The notes: generated by a model not told the origin, from the sequence alone. 63,068 nucleotides of DNA, filler included, from Candidatus Desantisbacteria bacterium CG1_02_49_89 (GCA_001871075.1; 5 parts of 5 records of this genome joined end to end with filler, not necessarily neighbours in it); one strand, 5' to 3'; counted from the whole stretch's first letter, positions 20,115 through 31,021 are shown. Numbers and translations are program-made.

Positions 20115-20966
20115 ATGAAAAAAACAAAAGCCGGGAGTTTCTGGGGAAGGTTCAAGAGGAACAAGCTGGGCGTTGCCGGAGCCATCATTGTTGCCTCGCT
20201 CTTTGTTGTCTATTTCCTGGTGCCGTTCATATCTCCTCATGACCCTAACGCCCAGGACCTTTCAAATAGGTTTACGCCCCCGAGCCTTCATTCCGCGAAT
20301 CCACTCGGAACTGATGAGCTGGGCAGGGACTTACTGAGCAGGATCTTATGGGGCCTTAGGATCTCGATAAAAGTCGGGTTCGCGGCGGTCGCGATATCCA
20401 TTCTCATAGGCACCATTCTGGGCGCTATTTCCGGGTATTACGGCGGCTGGGTGGACGGGCTTATAATGCGGCTTGTGGACATAATGATGTGTTTCCCGGA
20501 TTTCTTCCTGATACTGATGGTTATAGCGATGCTTGAGCCGAACATCAACTATGTAATGATCGTGATAGGCCTTGTGAGCTGGCCGGGAGTTACCAGGCTT
20601 GTGCGAGCCGAATTCCTGAAGCTTAAAAAGCAGGATTTCGTCCAGGCGGCGAAGGCGTCCGGTTTAAGCGACGCGAGGATAATATTCAGGCATATACTGC
20701 CTAACGCGCTTTACCCGGTTTTTGTGGCCGCGACGCTTGGGATCGCGTCCGCTATACTGGTTGAATCAGGCTTGAGTTTCCTGGGGTTGGGCGTTCAGCC
20801 GCCCACAGCTTCGTGGGGCAACATACTGACAAGCGGGAAAGATTATCTTCTCCAGCACGTATGGTGGCTGAGCTTCTTCCCGGGATGCGCCATTTTCATC
20901 ACAGTCCTGGCATACATTATGCTGGGGGAAGGGCTGAGGGATGCTTTAGATCCGCGCTTGAAATGA
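20115..20966 (+). CDS. Peptide/nickel ABC permease (OppC/DppC-like)
   Basis: LGTDELGRDLLSR, RHILPN, ESGLSFLGLG, GEGLRDALDPR. Confidence 0.95.
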   Translation: MKKTKAGSFWGRFKRNKLGVAGAIIVASLFVVYFLVPFISPHDPNAQDLSNRFTPPSLHSANPLGTDELGRDLLSRILWGLRISIKVGFAAVAISILIGTILGAISGYYGGWVDGLIMRLVDIMMCFPDFFLILMVIAMLEPNINYVMIVIGLVSWPGVTRLVRAEFLKLKKQDFVQAAKASGLSDARIIFRHILPNALYPVFVAATLGIASAILVESGLSFLGLGVQPPTASWGNILTSGKDYLLQHVWWLSFFPGCAIFITVLAYIMLGEGLRDALDPRLK

Positions 20967-21048
20967 GCGCAAGTTAAAATGCAAAATGTAAAATGTAAAA
21001 GTCAAAATTAGAAGCTCAACCACAGAGACACAGAGGCACAGAGTTTCT

Positions 21049-21168
21049 GTAACTCAAACCTTCAGGTTTGATATCAGGGCTAAAGCCCTGAGTTACTCCA
21101 AAGGAGTCCCTTTGGGACAATAAATTCCTTGTTTTGGATTCATAATTCATAACTCATAATTCATAATT
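21049..21168. repeat. REP-like doublet + TCCAAAGGAGTCCCTTTGGGA palindrome + CATAATT array
   Basis: gtaactcaaaccttcaggtttga / tcagggctaaagccctgagttac; inverted counterpart at 22196-22337. Confidence 0.85.
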
Positions 21169-21176
21169 GGAAATAT

Positions 21177-22139
21177 ATGGAAAAGTTGCTGGAAATCAAT
21201 AACTTAAAGACTTATTTTAACACTGCCGAGGGAATAGTGAGGGCGGTGGACGGCGTTGATCTTTCCGTGGGAGCCGGCAGAACGCTAGCGCTCGCGGGCG
21301 AATCCGGATGCGGCAAGAGCGTGACCGCCCTATCTGTCCTGAGGCTTGTCCAGCATCCGGGTAAAATAGTTGGCGGAGAAATTATTTATAAGGGCTCTGA
21401 ACTTCTGAAGCTTTCAGAGGACGGGATAAGGAAGATCAGAGGCAAAGAGATATCAATGATATTCCAGGACCCTTTTACCTCGCTCAACCCGGTTTTCACG
21501 GTGGGAAACCAGATAGAGGAGGCTATAAAAGTCCATATCCCCGGAAGCGCGAAAAACCGGGAAGCCGCAAGAAGGGCGGTGGAAATGCTTTCGCTTGTTG
21601 AACTGCCTTCCCCGGAAAACATCTACCATTACTATCCGCACCAGCTTAGCGGTGGCATGCAGCAGCGCGCGATGATAGCGATGGCGCTTGCCACAAACCC
21701 ATCCCTGCTGATAGCTGACGAGCCTACCACAGCCCTGGACATAACCATACAGGCGCAGATACTGGACCTGCTGGAAAGGCTGAGGCAGAAATTCAACATG
21801 AGCGTGATGCTTATAACGCATAACCTGGGCATAATAGACAGGATAGCTGACGATGTTGCCATAATGTACCTGGGCAGGATCATGGAATGCTCGGAGAAGA
21901 ATGAGTTTTTCAAAACCCCCCTTCATCCTTATACGAGGGGATTACTCGACGCGGTCCCGAAGATCAGGGAAAAGAAAAAACTGTACGTAATACCCGGCAG
22001 CCTGCCTTCGCCGCTTGAGATCCCGCAGGGATGCAGGTTCAATCCCAGGTGCGAGAAGAAAATGGAGATATGCGGCAGGGAAGAGCCCGCTCTTAAAGAG
22101 ATATCGCCGGGGCATACGTGCAGGTGCTGGTTGTATTAA
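21177..22139 (+). CDS. Peptide ABC ATP-binding protein (OppD/DppD-like)
   Basis: GESGCGKS, YPHQLSGGM, IADEPTTALD, HPYTRGL, GCRFNPRC. Confidence 0.95.
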   Translation: MEKLLEINNLKTYFNTAEGIVRAVDGVDLSVGAGRTLALAGESGCGKSVTALSVLRLVQHPGKIVGGEIIYKGSELLKLSEDGIRKIRGKEISMIFQDPFTSLNPVFTVGNQIEEAIKVHIPGSAKNREAARRAVEMLSLVELPSPENIYHYYPHQLSGGMQQRAMIAMALATNPSLLIADEPTTALDITIQAQILDLLERLRQKFNMSVMLITHNLGIIDRIADDVAIMYLGRIMECSEKNEFFKTPLHPYTRGLLDAVPKIREKKKLYVIPGSLPSPLEIPQGCRFNPRCEKKMEICGREEPALKEISPGHTCRCWLY

Positions 22140-22160
22140 ATACAGTGGTCAGATTAACTT

Positions 22161-22337
22161 CGTGTCAGCGTGTCAACGTATCAACGTGTCAACGCAACAA
22201 CAAGGAATTTTATCGTAACTCAGGGCTTTAGCCCTGATTTCAAACCTCCCTCCTTAAAAATTTCCACCTTAAGAATTGGCGGACAAGGGCGGGTCTTCGA
22301 AAAGGTTTGAGTTACTCCAAAGGAGTCCCTTTGGGAT
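22161..22337. repeat. CGTGTCAA octamer array + REP doublet with nested insertion
   Basis: cgtgtcagcgtgtcaacgtatcaacgtgtcaacg; doublet 22215-22315 is the reverse complement of 21049-21096 with about 54 extra nt in one loop. Confidence 0.8.
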
Positions 22338-22374
22338 AAGATCTCAGTGAATTCAGTGGCGTTATTAAAAGGTT

Positions 22375-22610
22375 ACTAGTGTGGTGTCACATAAATCCCT
22401 TGACATTTGATTCTGCTTTGAGTTGTCATTGCGAGCGACCAAAGGGAGCGTGGCAATCTCGATTTTTAGGTCGAGATTGCTTCGTCGTTAACACTCCTCG
22501 CAATGACAGCCCAAATGTAAAGATCTGTTAGAGACACCACACTAGTGTGGTGTTACATAAATCCCTTGACATTTGATTCTGCTTTGAGTTGTCATTGCGA
22601 GCGACCAAAG
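22375..22610. mobile_element. MITE-like element in tandem (166-bp unit; second copy cut by contig end)
   Basis: Terminal inverted repeats ACTAGTGTGGTGTC / GACACCACACTAGT; copies share ACTAGT at 22541-22546; internal GTCATTGCGAG...CTCGCAATGAC palindrome; no ORF. Confidence 0.75.
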
Positions 22611-22710
22611 NNNNNNNNNNNNNNNNNNNNNNNNNNNNNNNNNNNNNNNNNNNNTTAATTAATTAANNNNNNNNNNNNNNNNNNNNNNNNNNNNNNNNNN
22701 NNNNNNNNNN
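22611..22710. other. Artificial contig linker
   Basis: N run with central TTAATTAATTAA (stops in all six frames), 100 nt. Confidence 0.98.
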
Positions 22711-22737
22711 GCTTTCTTTTAGCTTTGTTTTTGCCAT
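22711..22737 (-). CDS. First 9 codons of a gene cut by the contig end (MAKTKLKES); gyrA possible from position only
   Basis: ATG at 22737 with purine-rich upstream, open to the gap; too short to identify. Confidence 0.3.
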
Positions 22738-22786
22738 ACTCAACCCTTTTTCTCTGCCGCGCATTTTTCTCGGTTTTGAATTCAAC

Positions 22787-22972
22787 TCATTGAATATAAG
22801 ACCTATCTAATATTATAGCAAGCAATTCGGTATTTGAGAGTTTTTCGGGCCCATACCGTTCCAGTCTTTCCCTGGGCCGCTCAATCCTCGGCATGCCCTC
22901 TATGGTGGTTCCGCCGAGGCGCCCTTTGGAGTTTTTATTTTTTGACTCCTGTGTTTTCATCTGTGCTCTCAA
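22787..22972 (-). pseudogene. radC: Truncated RadC/UPF0758 N-terminus
   Basis: MPRIERPRERLERYGPEKLSNTELLAIIL matches the RadC N-terminal motif, then DRSYIQ-stop; JAB domain absent. Confidence 0.8.
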
Positions 22973-23100
22973 AACAATATTATACTACTAATTATACTAA
23001 TAATACTAATAATTTAACCGATTAAAACGCTTGATTTTGCTATACTTATTGAAATTGAACCGCCCATTTATTACTAATTTTACTACTTCTTTATTACTAA

Positions 23101-24768
23101 TTATTCGGCTAAAACCCACTTGGATTTTTTCTTTGAACCATCATTCCTGATGGTCTTGTCTCTGGACGACATAGAAAAAAGCAGGTTATTAATTTTAGAT
23201 TGCTTTTGTCTCTCACTTAGCGCGTCTGATATCTTGTCCATTAACAGATCGTTTATTTCTTTCTTGCTTGCAGAACTATATTCTTTTATGAAGTCAATTA
23301 TCATTTTCTTATAATGTGCATTGTTGAAACCGCGATATTTAATATATTTTGCTTTGTCTGCGGCGCTTACCGCAACCCGTGATGTTATAAAGATGTTTGG
23401 ATGTCTGCCTTCAATCAATTTTTGTTTTTTTAATAAGTTCGCCTCTTCTTTATTAATTTTCTCTCTTTTTTGGACTTTGTCTAAAAGCATTACAATTCTA
23501 ATATCAACGTTCGGGTTCTCAATAAGCAGCTGTGTATAATTTTCATTTAATACTTTCCCTGCTATTTTTACGGTCACTTCATTTGGTTTGCTTAAATCAT
23601 AGGAGGGTAAGGGGAAAAAGCGGTCTTTTTGCACAGTGAACATTTTTCTTATGCCTCCGCCGATTGTATCAATCATGTTCAGGTTTGCCATTGCGGTCGT
23701 TAAAAACTGGTTTCTATAATATTTTGGCGGGGCATTCTGTTCTATGACCGCCTCTATGGTTTTGGGTATGAAACTACCCCCATTGTTAAAAATCAATTCT
23801 TCCGGTTTCTCTATTACATTAATTCTTTCCTTTAATTCATAGTTTTGATGAGCTATGCAGTTATGAAGCGCTTCCCTGATAACATAGGGATCATATTGAT
23901 TTATTTCAACCGGGAACAAGGTTTCGTTGGGCAGATAACGATATTTTAAATTTCGTATTTTCGCAAGAATCCTGTTTGTGTTCAAAATAAAGGGCGGACC
24001 GAAATGTTCATAGTCTTTATCAACACCGTGTTCATCTTTAAGAACCCATGTTATCTTTGCTATGCCGGGAGCAATAAAGTGTTCTGACTCGGGCTTGCCC
24101 AGCAAAACGATCGCCGCTCTTGTAATGTTGCCTTGAATTATTACTTTGGCTTTATTTAAAAAAGTAAGGTCGTCCCACCTATTCACTTCGTTAGCAAATC
24201 CTGGTTGTTTCTTTTTATATTCTTCTCTTGCTTTTTTCAGCGCATCTGAATCTAAATCATTTGTGCCGGCTCCTTCACAAATTTCCGCAGACCAATCAGC
24301 TTTAATCTGGCTTCGAATTTCCTCTAATTCTTGTATATTTAAAGCGACAAGGGATTCTCCGTCTCTTCCATAATAATGACCCTGCCAGGCGATTGGAATG
24401 CCTGGTGGTGCCGCAGGTATTTGAAACATAAGCACCCTTCCTTCAGAAAAAATAAGTTCGTGGATTTCCACAAATGTAATATTATTGGTAGTTTGTCGGG
24501 CTACCTCATGTTTTAAGTTGTCCAGGCCTATTCTGTTGGGTTTATAATTTGTGCCTACTATTTTTCTGGTTTTATCTGTAACCCCAAAAATCAACCAGCC
24601 CCATTGTTTATCTTTAAGGTTGGCTTCGTTACTTAAAGCAGAAAAATATTTTCCCAGCTTGTCAAAGTTAAAACCATTTTTTGCCTCTTTAAAATCTACC
24701 CATTCATTTTCTCCGGGCAGAGCCCTAAGTTCACCAAATAGCTTTTTCAATTCTGCATCTTGCATCAT
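23101..24768 (-). CDS. AlbA_2/Schlafen-like domain + HATPase-like (RecG C-terminal-type) + HTH protein
   Basis: ENEWVDFKEA, YFSALSNEA, WLIFGV, YYGRDGES; IREALHNCIAHQNY, YRNQFL..AM..LNMIDTIGGGI; visibly AT-rich. Confidence 0.85.
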   Translation of the reverse strand: MMQDAELKKLFGELRALPGENEWVDFKEAKNGFNFDKLGKYFSALSNEANLKDKQWGWLIFGVTDKTRKIVGTNYKPNRIGLDNLKHEVARQTTNNITFVEIHELIFSEGRVLMFQIPAAPPGIPIAWQGHYYGRDGESLVALNIQELEEIRSQIKADWSAEICEGAGTNDLDSDALKKAREEYKKKQPGFANEVNRWDDLTFLNKAKVIIQGNITRAAIVLLGKPESEHFIAPGIAKITWVLKDEHGVDKDYEHFGPPFILNTNRILAKIRNLKYRYLPNETLFPVEINQYDPYVIREALHNCIAHQNYELKERINVIEKPEELIFNNGGSFIPKTIEAVIEQNAPPKYYRNQFLTTAMANLNMIDTIGGGIRKMFTVQKDRFFPLPSYDLSKPNEVTVKIAGKVLNENYTQLLIENPNVDIRIVMLLDKVQKREKINKEEANLLKKQKLIEGRHPNIFITSRVAVSAADKAKYIKYRGFNNAHYKKMIIDFIKEYSSASKKEINDLLMDKISDALSERQKQSKINNLLFSMSSRDKTIRNDGSKKKSKWVLAE

Positions 24769-24808
24769 GCTAAGATTCCTATAATTATTCTCTTTGATAG
24801 AATGTATT

Positions 24809-24871
24809 TTATATATCCAAACCGTGCTTATTTAACGCCCTGTATAATTTTACGTGTTCGTTTAAAAGCAT
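24809..24871 (-). pseudogene. Probable 5' remnant of a nucleotidyltransferase gene (20 codons)
   Basis: MLLNEHVKLYRALNKHGLDI-stop overlaps the end of the small gene; resembles starts of the type ...LN.H.V.YL.IGG but stops before IGG. Confidence 0.4.
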
Positions 24872-25022
24872 GCGAATTGCCTTTTTTGCCGCGCGCCGCG
24901 AGGATAAACTGAGCGAATCCGGCTATAATCTCATAGCGCCGGCTTGGTGAAAACCGGGAAAACCACCTCACCTTTTCCTTCATAGACTCGTGCTTTAAGC
25001 CGATTAATACTTCCGGATTCAT
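24828..25022 (-). CDS. Small basic hypothetical protein (64 aa), antitoxin-like
   Basis: ATG 25022 after GAGG just past the gyrB stop; ESMKEKVRWFSRFSPSRRYE. Confidence 0.6.
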   Translation of the reverse strand: MNPEVLIGLKHESMKEKVRWFSRFSPSRRYEIIAGFAQFILAARGKKGNSHAFKRTRKIIQGVK

Positions 25023-25032
25023 GCGGCGCCTC

Positions 25033-26949
<1,917 letters not shown>

Positions 26950-26967
26950 TTATCTCCCTTTTGCAAG

Positions 26968-27023
26968 ATGATTACGGTGATTATCAACTACTGATTACAG
27001 TGATTATTAAAGAGATTACGGTG
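26968..27023. repeat. 56-bp GATTAC module upstream of gyrB
   Basis: Two mismatches to 27494-27549; similar to 28820-28871. Confidence 0.9.
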
Positions 27024-27114
27024 TCGCCCCTGCGGCGAGTCGCCGAAGTGGAGACCGAAGTGGCGGGATTATTTAAAGATAGTCTTTGGTTTGCGAGCAA
27101 ATACCCCGCTCCAC

Positions 27115-27138
27115 GGGCTTGATGAATCAAGCCCCTAC
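27115..27138 (-). repeat. GTAG-type REP-like hairpin supplying the dciA stop
   Basis: Minus strand GTAG-GGGCTTGAT-TC-ATCAAGCCC; TAG at 27137-27135. Confidence 0.75.
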
Positions 27139-27488
27139 TTATTTTTCTTTCTTTTTGTTTTGGGGCGACGGGGGCGGGGCTCGTGCTTGATCTCGCCGGT
27201 CCTGAAAACCACTTCCTTAACGATGTCCTTGCCCAGCCTCGCGTTCAGCTTCTTCTTTATTTCGTTCCTGAGGAATGAGTATTCCTGGATGTAACTGCTG
27301 TTCTCCGCGATCACGGCAAGCCTTCCCTTTATTATGCGGTCCGGCTTTGTGTGGCGGGCGATCCTTGAACCCACAACGTCATCCCAGACCTGGAAAAGGC
27401 CCGCTTCCTCCACCCTGTCCTCGATGTGCATTCTCTTAAGAATGCGCCTCAGTATGCCCGAGATATGCTCTGCCCGTTCTTTCCTCAT
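27135..27488 (-). CDS. dciA: DUF721/DciA helicase-loader family protein
   Basis: WDDVVGSRIARHTKP, GRLAV.AENSSY.QE..F....IKKKLN, basic tail; between dnaN and gyrB. Confidence 0.88.
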   Translation of the reverse strand: MRKERAEHISGILRRILKRMHIEDRVEEAGLFQVWDDVVGSRIARHTKPDRIIKGRLAVIAENSSYIQEYSFLRNEIKKKLNARLGKDIVKEVVFRTGEIKHEPRPRRPKTKRKKNK

Positions 27489-27493
27489 AAATT

Positions 27494-27549
27494 ATGATTA
27501 CGGTGATTATCAACCACTGATTACAGTGATTATTAAAGAGATTACAGTG
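27494..27549. repeat. 56-bp GATTAC module upstream of dciA
   Basis: Near-identical to 26968-27023. Confidence 0.9.
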
Positions 27550-27674
27550 ATTAAATATAGCTGCGAAACCTTAAACCCTAAACCTCGAAACAATACTGTT
27601 TAACCACGAATTCGCACGAATTTCACGAATTAATTTCTTGCTGGATGCTGGACACTGGCAACTGGACACTGAGT

Positions 27675-28799
27675 TTACAGGCGCAGGGGCATGACAACGC
27701 AGAGGTAATTGTCCTCTTTTGGGTCCTTCGAAAAGGGCTGCAGGAGCACGGGGCTTGCGGGGTTTGTAAGCCTTATAACCACCTCTTCGGTGTCCATGGC
27801 CCTTAGTATATCCAGCAGGTACTTGACGTTGAACCCAACCTCTATTTCCTCGCCCGTAAGCGTGCAATCTATCTCTTCTTTGCCCTCTCCCGCGGAAGGG
27901 GTGCTGCCGGTTATAAGGAGCTTTCCCTTTTCCACCTTTACCTTGATAAGGTTTGATTTTTCGTCGGTCAGCAGGGATATGCGCCTTGTGGATTCAAGCA
28001 GCGCCTTGGTGTTCGCCTGGACGCTTATCCTCGGCTCTTTCGGGATCACCTGCTCGTAGTTGGGGAATGTCCCCTCGACAAGCCTTGACATTATTGATAT
28101 GTTCTCGAGGCTGAACAGGATGTAGTTCTTGCCAATCGACACCTTCACCTTTTCCCCTTCCTCAGGGAAAATCCTTATGATCTCGTTAAGGACCTTTGTC
28201 GGGACGATAACGCTGAGCTCCTCTTTGGGCGGGGTGGGAACCTGTTCCCCGATGAACGCGAGCCTGTGCCCGTCCGTGGCAACCATTTTTACCCGGTTAT
28301 CCTTAAGGGTTAAATTAACGCCGGTAAGCGCGTGCCTCGTTTCATCAGTAGACACCGCGAACCTTGTTTTCCTTATTATATCTTTAAGGATGTTGCTGTT
28401 AATGCTTGTGGATATTATTTCGTCAGGTTTGGGGGGGCTGGGGAATTCGTTTGGTGGCAGGCCGAATACCTTAAACACGGATTTTTCGCATTCTATAACA
28501 ATATTATTTTCCTTAGTCTGTATGGTCAGCTCTTTTTCAGGCAGTTCCCTTATAATGCTTGAAAAAAGCCTTACCGGTATGGTTATGCCGCCCGGTTCCT
28601 CTATATTTATAGGTATCATGCACCTTGTGGTTATTTCAAGGTTTGTTGTTGTCATCCTTAACTTGCTGGCGCCTATACTTTTTTCATCGGCTTCCATTAA
28701 TATATTCGAGAGTATTGGAAGCGATGGTTTTATACTTACTGTATTTTCCACCACCTGGACGCCGTATAAGATCTGACTCTTTGAACCCCTTATCTTCAT
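27675..28799 (-). CDS. dnaN: DNA polymerase III beta clamp
   Basis: LPILSNIL, VATDGHRL, SRLVEGTFPNY, GFNVKYL, VVMPLRL. Confidence 0.97.
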   Translation of the reverse strand: MKIRGSKSQILYGVQVVENTVSIKPSLPILSNILMEADEKSIGASKLRMTTTNLEITTRCMIPINIEEPGGITIPVRLFSSIIRELPEKELTIQTKENNIVIECEKSVFKVFGLPPNEFPSPPKPDEIISTSINSNILKDIIRKTRFAVSTDETRHALTGVNLTLKDNRVKMVATDGHRLAFIGEQVPTPPKEELSVIVPTKVLNEIIRIFPEEGEKVKVSIGKNYILFSLENISIMSRLVEGTFPNYEQVIPKEPRISVQANTKALLESTRRISLLTDEKSNLIKVKVEKGKLLITGSTPSAGEGKEEIDCTLTGEEIEVGFNVKYLLDILRAMDTEEVVIRLTNPASPVLLQPFSKDPKEDNYLCVVMPLRL

Positions 28800-28819
28800 C
28801 TTTTCCTCCCTTTAACAAT

Positions 28820-28871
28820 ATAATTACAGTGATTATCAACTACTGATTACGGTGATTATTTAAAGAGATTA
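28820..28871. repeat. GATTAC module upstream of dnaN
   Basis: Third copy of the module, just upstream of the GGGAGG RBS. Confidence 0.85.
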
Positions 28872-28979
28872 TAATAATCCTGCTACACCAAAGCTTTGTA
28901 GGATGAGTTTTAATTAATAATTAATGGTGATTATTTTTAATTTTGACTTTTACACTTTGCCTTTTAACTTTTGACTTAT

Positions 28980-29215
28980 TTTTAATTCTCTATAATACTA
29001 TTTTTACTTATTCGTTATAGATAAAACTAGTAGTAATAGTAGTAGTGTGGTTAATTGTGTGGAAAAGCCGGGATCCCGCATTGGTAAAAAGATATTAACA
29101 AACTTATCCATAGGGGTATTGATAAACCCCTACTTGTCCATATTGTCCACAGAACCGCGGTTAAGCACAAACTTTAAACAGGTTTATACACAAAATTATT
29201 AACAACTGTGGATAA
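28980..29215. other. oriC: Replication origin (oriC) between dnaA and dnaN
   Basis: DnaA boxes at 29207-29215 and 29184-29192 (consensus) and 29143-29151, 29104-29112, 29058-29066, 29046-29054 (one mismatch); TAG-TAG-TAA-TAG-TAG-TAG trios at 29028-29045; AT-rich tract. Confidence 0.92.
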
Positions 29216-29237
29216 AGTCGCCTACCCAGAAAAACCC

Positions 29238-30581
29238 TTATTTTTCAAGCTCTTCCCTGATTTTTTTAAGCTTGTTGTATAATTCAGGGTCCGCCTTGAG
29301 TTTCTCCTGGACCTTGTTATAGGAGTGTATTACCGTGGTGTGGTCCCTTTTGCCGAATTCCCTTCCGATCTCGGGGAGAGAAAAATCTGTCAACTCCCTG
29401 GCAAGATACATCGCGACCTGCCTGGGGAACACTATTTCCCTGTCCCTTCTTTTGACCTTCATATCTTCAAACCTTATACCGAACGCCCTGGCAACAACCC
29501 TCTGAACCAATTCAACCGATATTTCTTTGCCGCTGTCCAGAGAGAATATTTCCTTGAGCACGTCCCTTGCCATGCTAAGCGTTATGTCCTTCTTCATCAG
29601 GGAAGAATACGCCAGCAGCTTGGTAAGCGTGCCTTCCAGCTCACGGATGTTATACTTGATCCTGTTCGCTATGTAAACCACCACATCTTCCGGGATCTCG
29701 GTCCCCTCTGCCTCCATTTTCTTGCGCAGGATGGCGATCCTTGTTTCAAGGTCAGGCGACTGTATATCCACGATAAGGCCCCATTCAAACCTGGAGCGTA
29801 TGCGTTCCTCAAGCGGCACCATTTCCTTCGGCGCTCTGTCAGAGGACAGCACTATCTGCCGGTGGGACTCATGCAGCTCATTGAACGTGTGGAAAAATTC
29901 CTCCTGCACCCTTTCCTTCTCGACTATAAACTGTATATCGTCTATGAGCAGGACATCCGGGGTCCGGTACACGTTCCTGAAGTTCTCCATCTGGTTGTGG
30001 GCTATGCCGTCTATGAAATCATTTGTGAATTTCTCGGAAGAGACATACTTTACCTTTATGGCGGGATTTCTCTTTTTAATGAAATGCCCGATCGCCTGCA
30101 GCAGGTGGGTTTTGCCCAGCCCTACCTTTCCATATATAAAAAGCGGGTTATAGGCTTCGGCGGGGATCTCCGCGACCGCAAGTGATGCCGCCTGGGCGAA
30201 ATGGTTGTTCTCCCCGACAACGAAATTTTCAAAAATGTATTTCGGGTTGAGTTCATCAACCGGGGGCGGAGGGGTGTGAAGTACCTGCTGGATCGGCAGG
30301 GGTTCCGGCGGGGGCATCGCGGGCTTGATGCTTTCATCCACAGACAGAACGATCCCCATCTCTTTTTCCGCGAGGCCTTTTATTATCTCGGTTATAAGCG
30401 GCACGTAATGTTCCTTGATCCAGTCAAGGCAGAATTTGTTGGGCACAGCGACCTCAAGCGCGGAGCCGGTGTACCTTACGAGCTTTGTGGGAACAAACCA
30501 TGTTTCAAAGCTCTGTTTGTTTAAGGTTTTTTCAAGGCCGGATAGAACAGCCTGCCAGATCTCATCTCCAGACATAGCCAT
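29238..30581 (-). CDS. dnaA: Chromosomal replication initiator DnaA
   Basis: LNPKYIFENFVVG, YNPLFIYGKVGLGKTHL, LLIDDIQF, RSRFEWGL, RDHTTVIH. Confidence 0.99.
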   Translation of the reverse strand: MAMSGDEIWQAVLSGLEKTLNKQSFETWFVPTKLVRYTGSALEVAVPNKFCLDWIKEHYVPLITEIIKGLAEKEMGIVLSVDESIKPAMPPPEPLPIQQVLHTPPPPVDELNPKYIFENFVVGENNHFAQAASLAVAEIPAEAYNPLFIYGKVGLGKTHLLQAIGHFIKKRNPAIKVKYVSSEKFTNDFIDGIAHNQMENFRNVYRTPDVLLIDDIQFIVEKERVQEEFFHTFNELHESHRQIVLSSDRAPKEMVPLEERIRSRFEWGLIVDIQSPDLETRIAILRKKMEAEGTEIPEDVVVYIANRIKYNIRELEGTLTKLLAYSSLMKKDITLSMARDVLKEIFSLDSGKEISVELVQRVVARAFGIRFEDMKVKRRDREIVFPRQVAMYLARELTDFSLPEIGREFGKRDHTTVIHSYNKVQEKLKADPELYNKLKKIREELEK

Positions 30582-30626
30582 ACAAGACCTCCGATAACTG
30601 CGGTTAAGAGAGGCAGAGCAGAATCT

Positions 30627-30759
30627 TTATCCACAGTTTTATTAACAGGTGTGGATATCGTTTTGCACAGCCCCTTCTGTATATTAGTATAGCATAAAAT
30701 AAAAAAAAATGCAAGCCAAAACGCATTATCCTTGACTTTTTCTAAAAAACAGATATAAT
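30627..30759. promoter_or_regulatory. DnaA boxes and divergent dnaA/rpmH promoters
   Basis: TTATCCACA 30627-30635, TGTGGATAT 30650-30658; minus TTGCAT (30714-30709) N17 TATACT with TGn; plus TTGACT (30732-30737) N16 TATAAT (30754-30759). Confidence 0.8.
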
Positions 30760-30870
30760 TAATCTGTTAAATGAGTGGATGGCTTATCAGCCGGTTTATT
30801 CATTAGCCGGTTTTTATTTTTAAACCACCGGATCAATCGCAGATATCGAAGATGCAGACAAGGAGAAACC

Positions 30871-31005
30871 ATGAAAAGGACATTTCAGCCGAACTGGAGA
30901 AAAAGGCGCAAAACCCACGGCTTCCGCATAAGGATGAGAAGAAAAAGAGGAAGGAACGTTCTCAAGAGAAGGCGGAGGAAGGGAAGAAAAAGGCTTACGG
31001 TTTGA
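30871..31005 (+). CDS. rpmH: 50S ribosomal protein bL34
   Basis: [19 protein letters not shown]...[14 protein letters not shown], 44 aa, AGGAG RBS. Confidence 0.98.
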   Translation: MKRTFQPNWRKRRKTHGFRIRMRRKRGRNVLKRRRRKGRKRLTV

Positions 31006-31021
31006 TCTTAACGGGGACAAC

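Noticed and set aside
22375-22610. Direct repeat as CRISPR or prophage att site
   Set aside because: 166-bp unit with terminal inverted repeats, no spacer, no integrase
22711-22737. Firm gyrA call
   Set aside because: Only nine codons are visible; position alone is not enough
26968-28871. GATTAC modules as a CRISPR array
   Set aside because: Copies are separated by whole genes, there are no unique spacers of regular length and no cas genes
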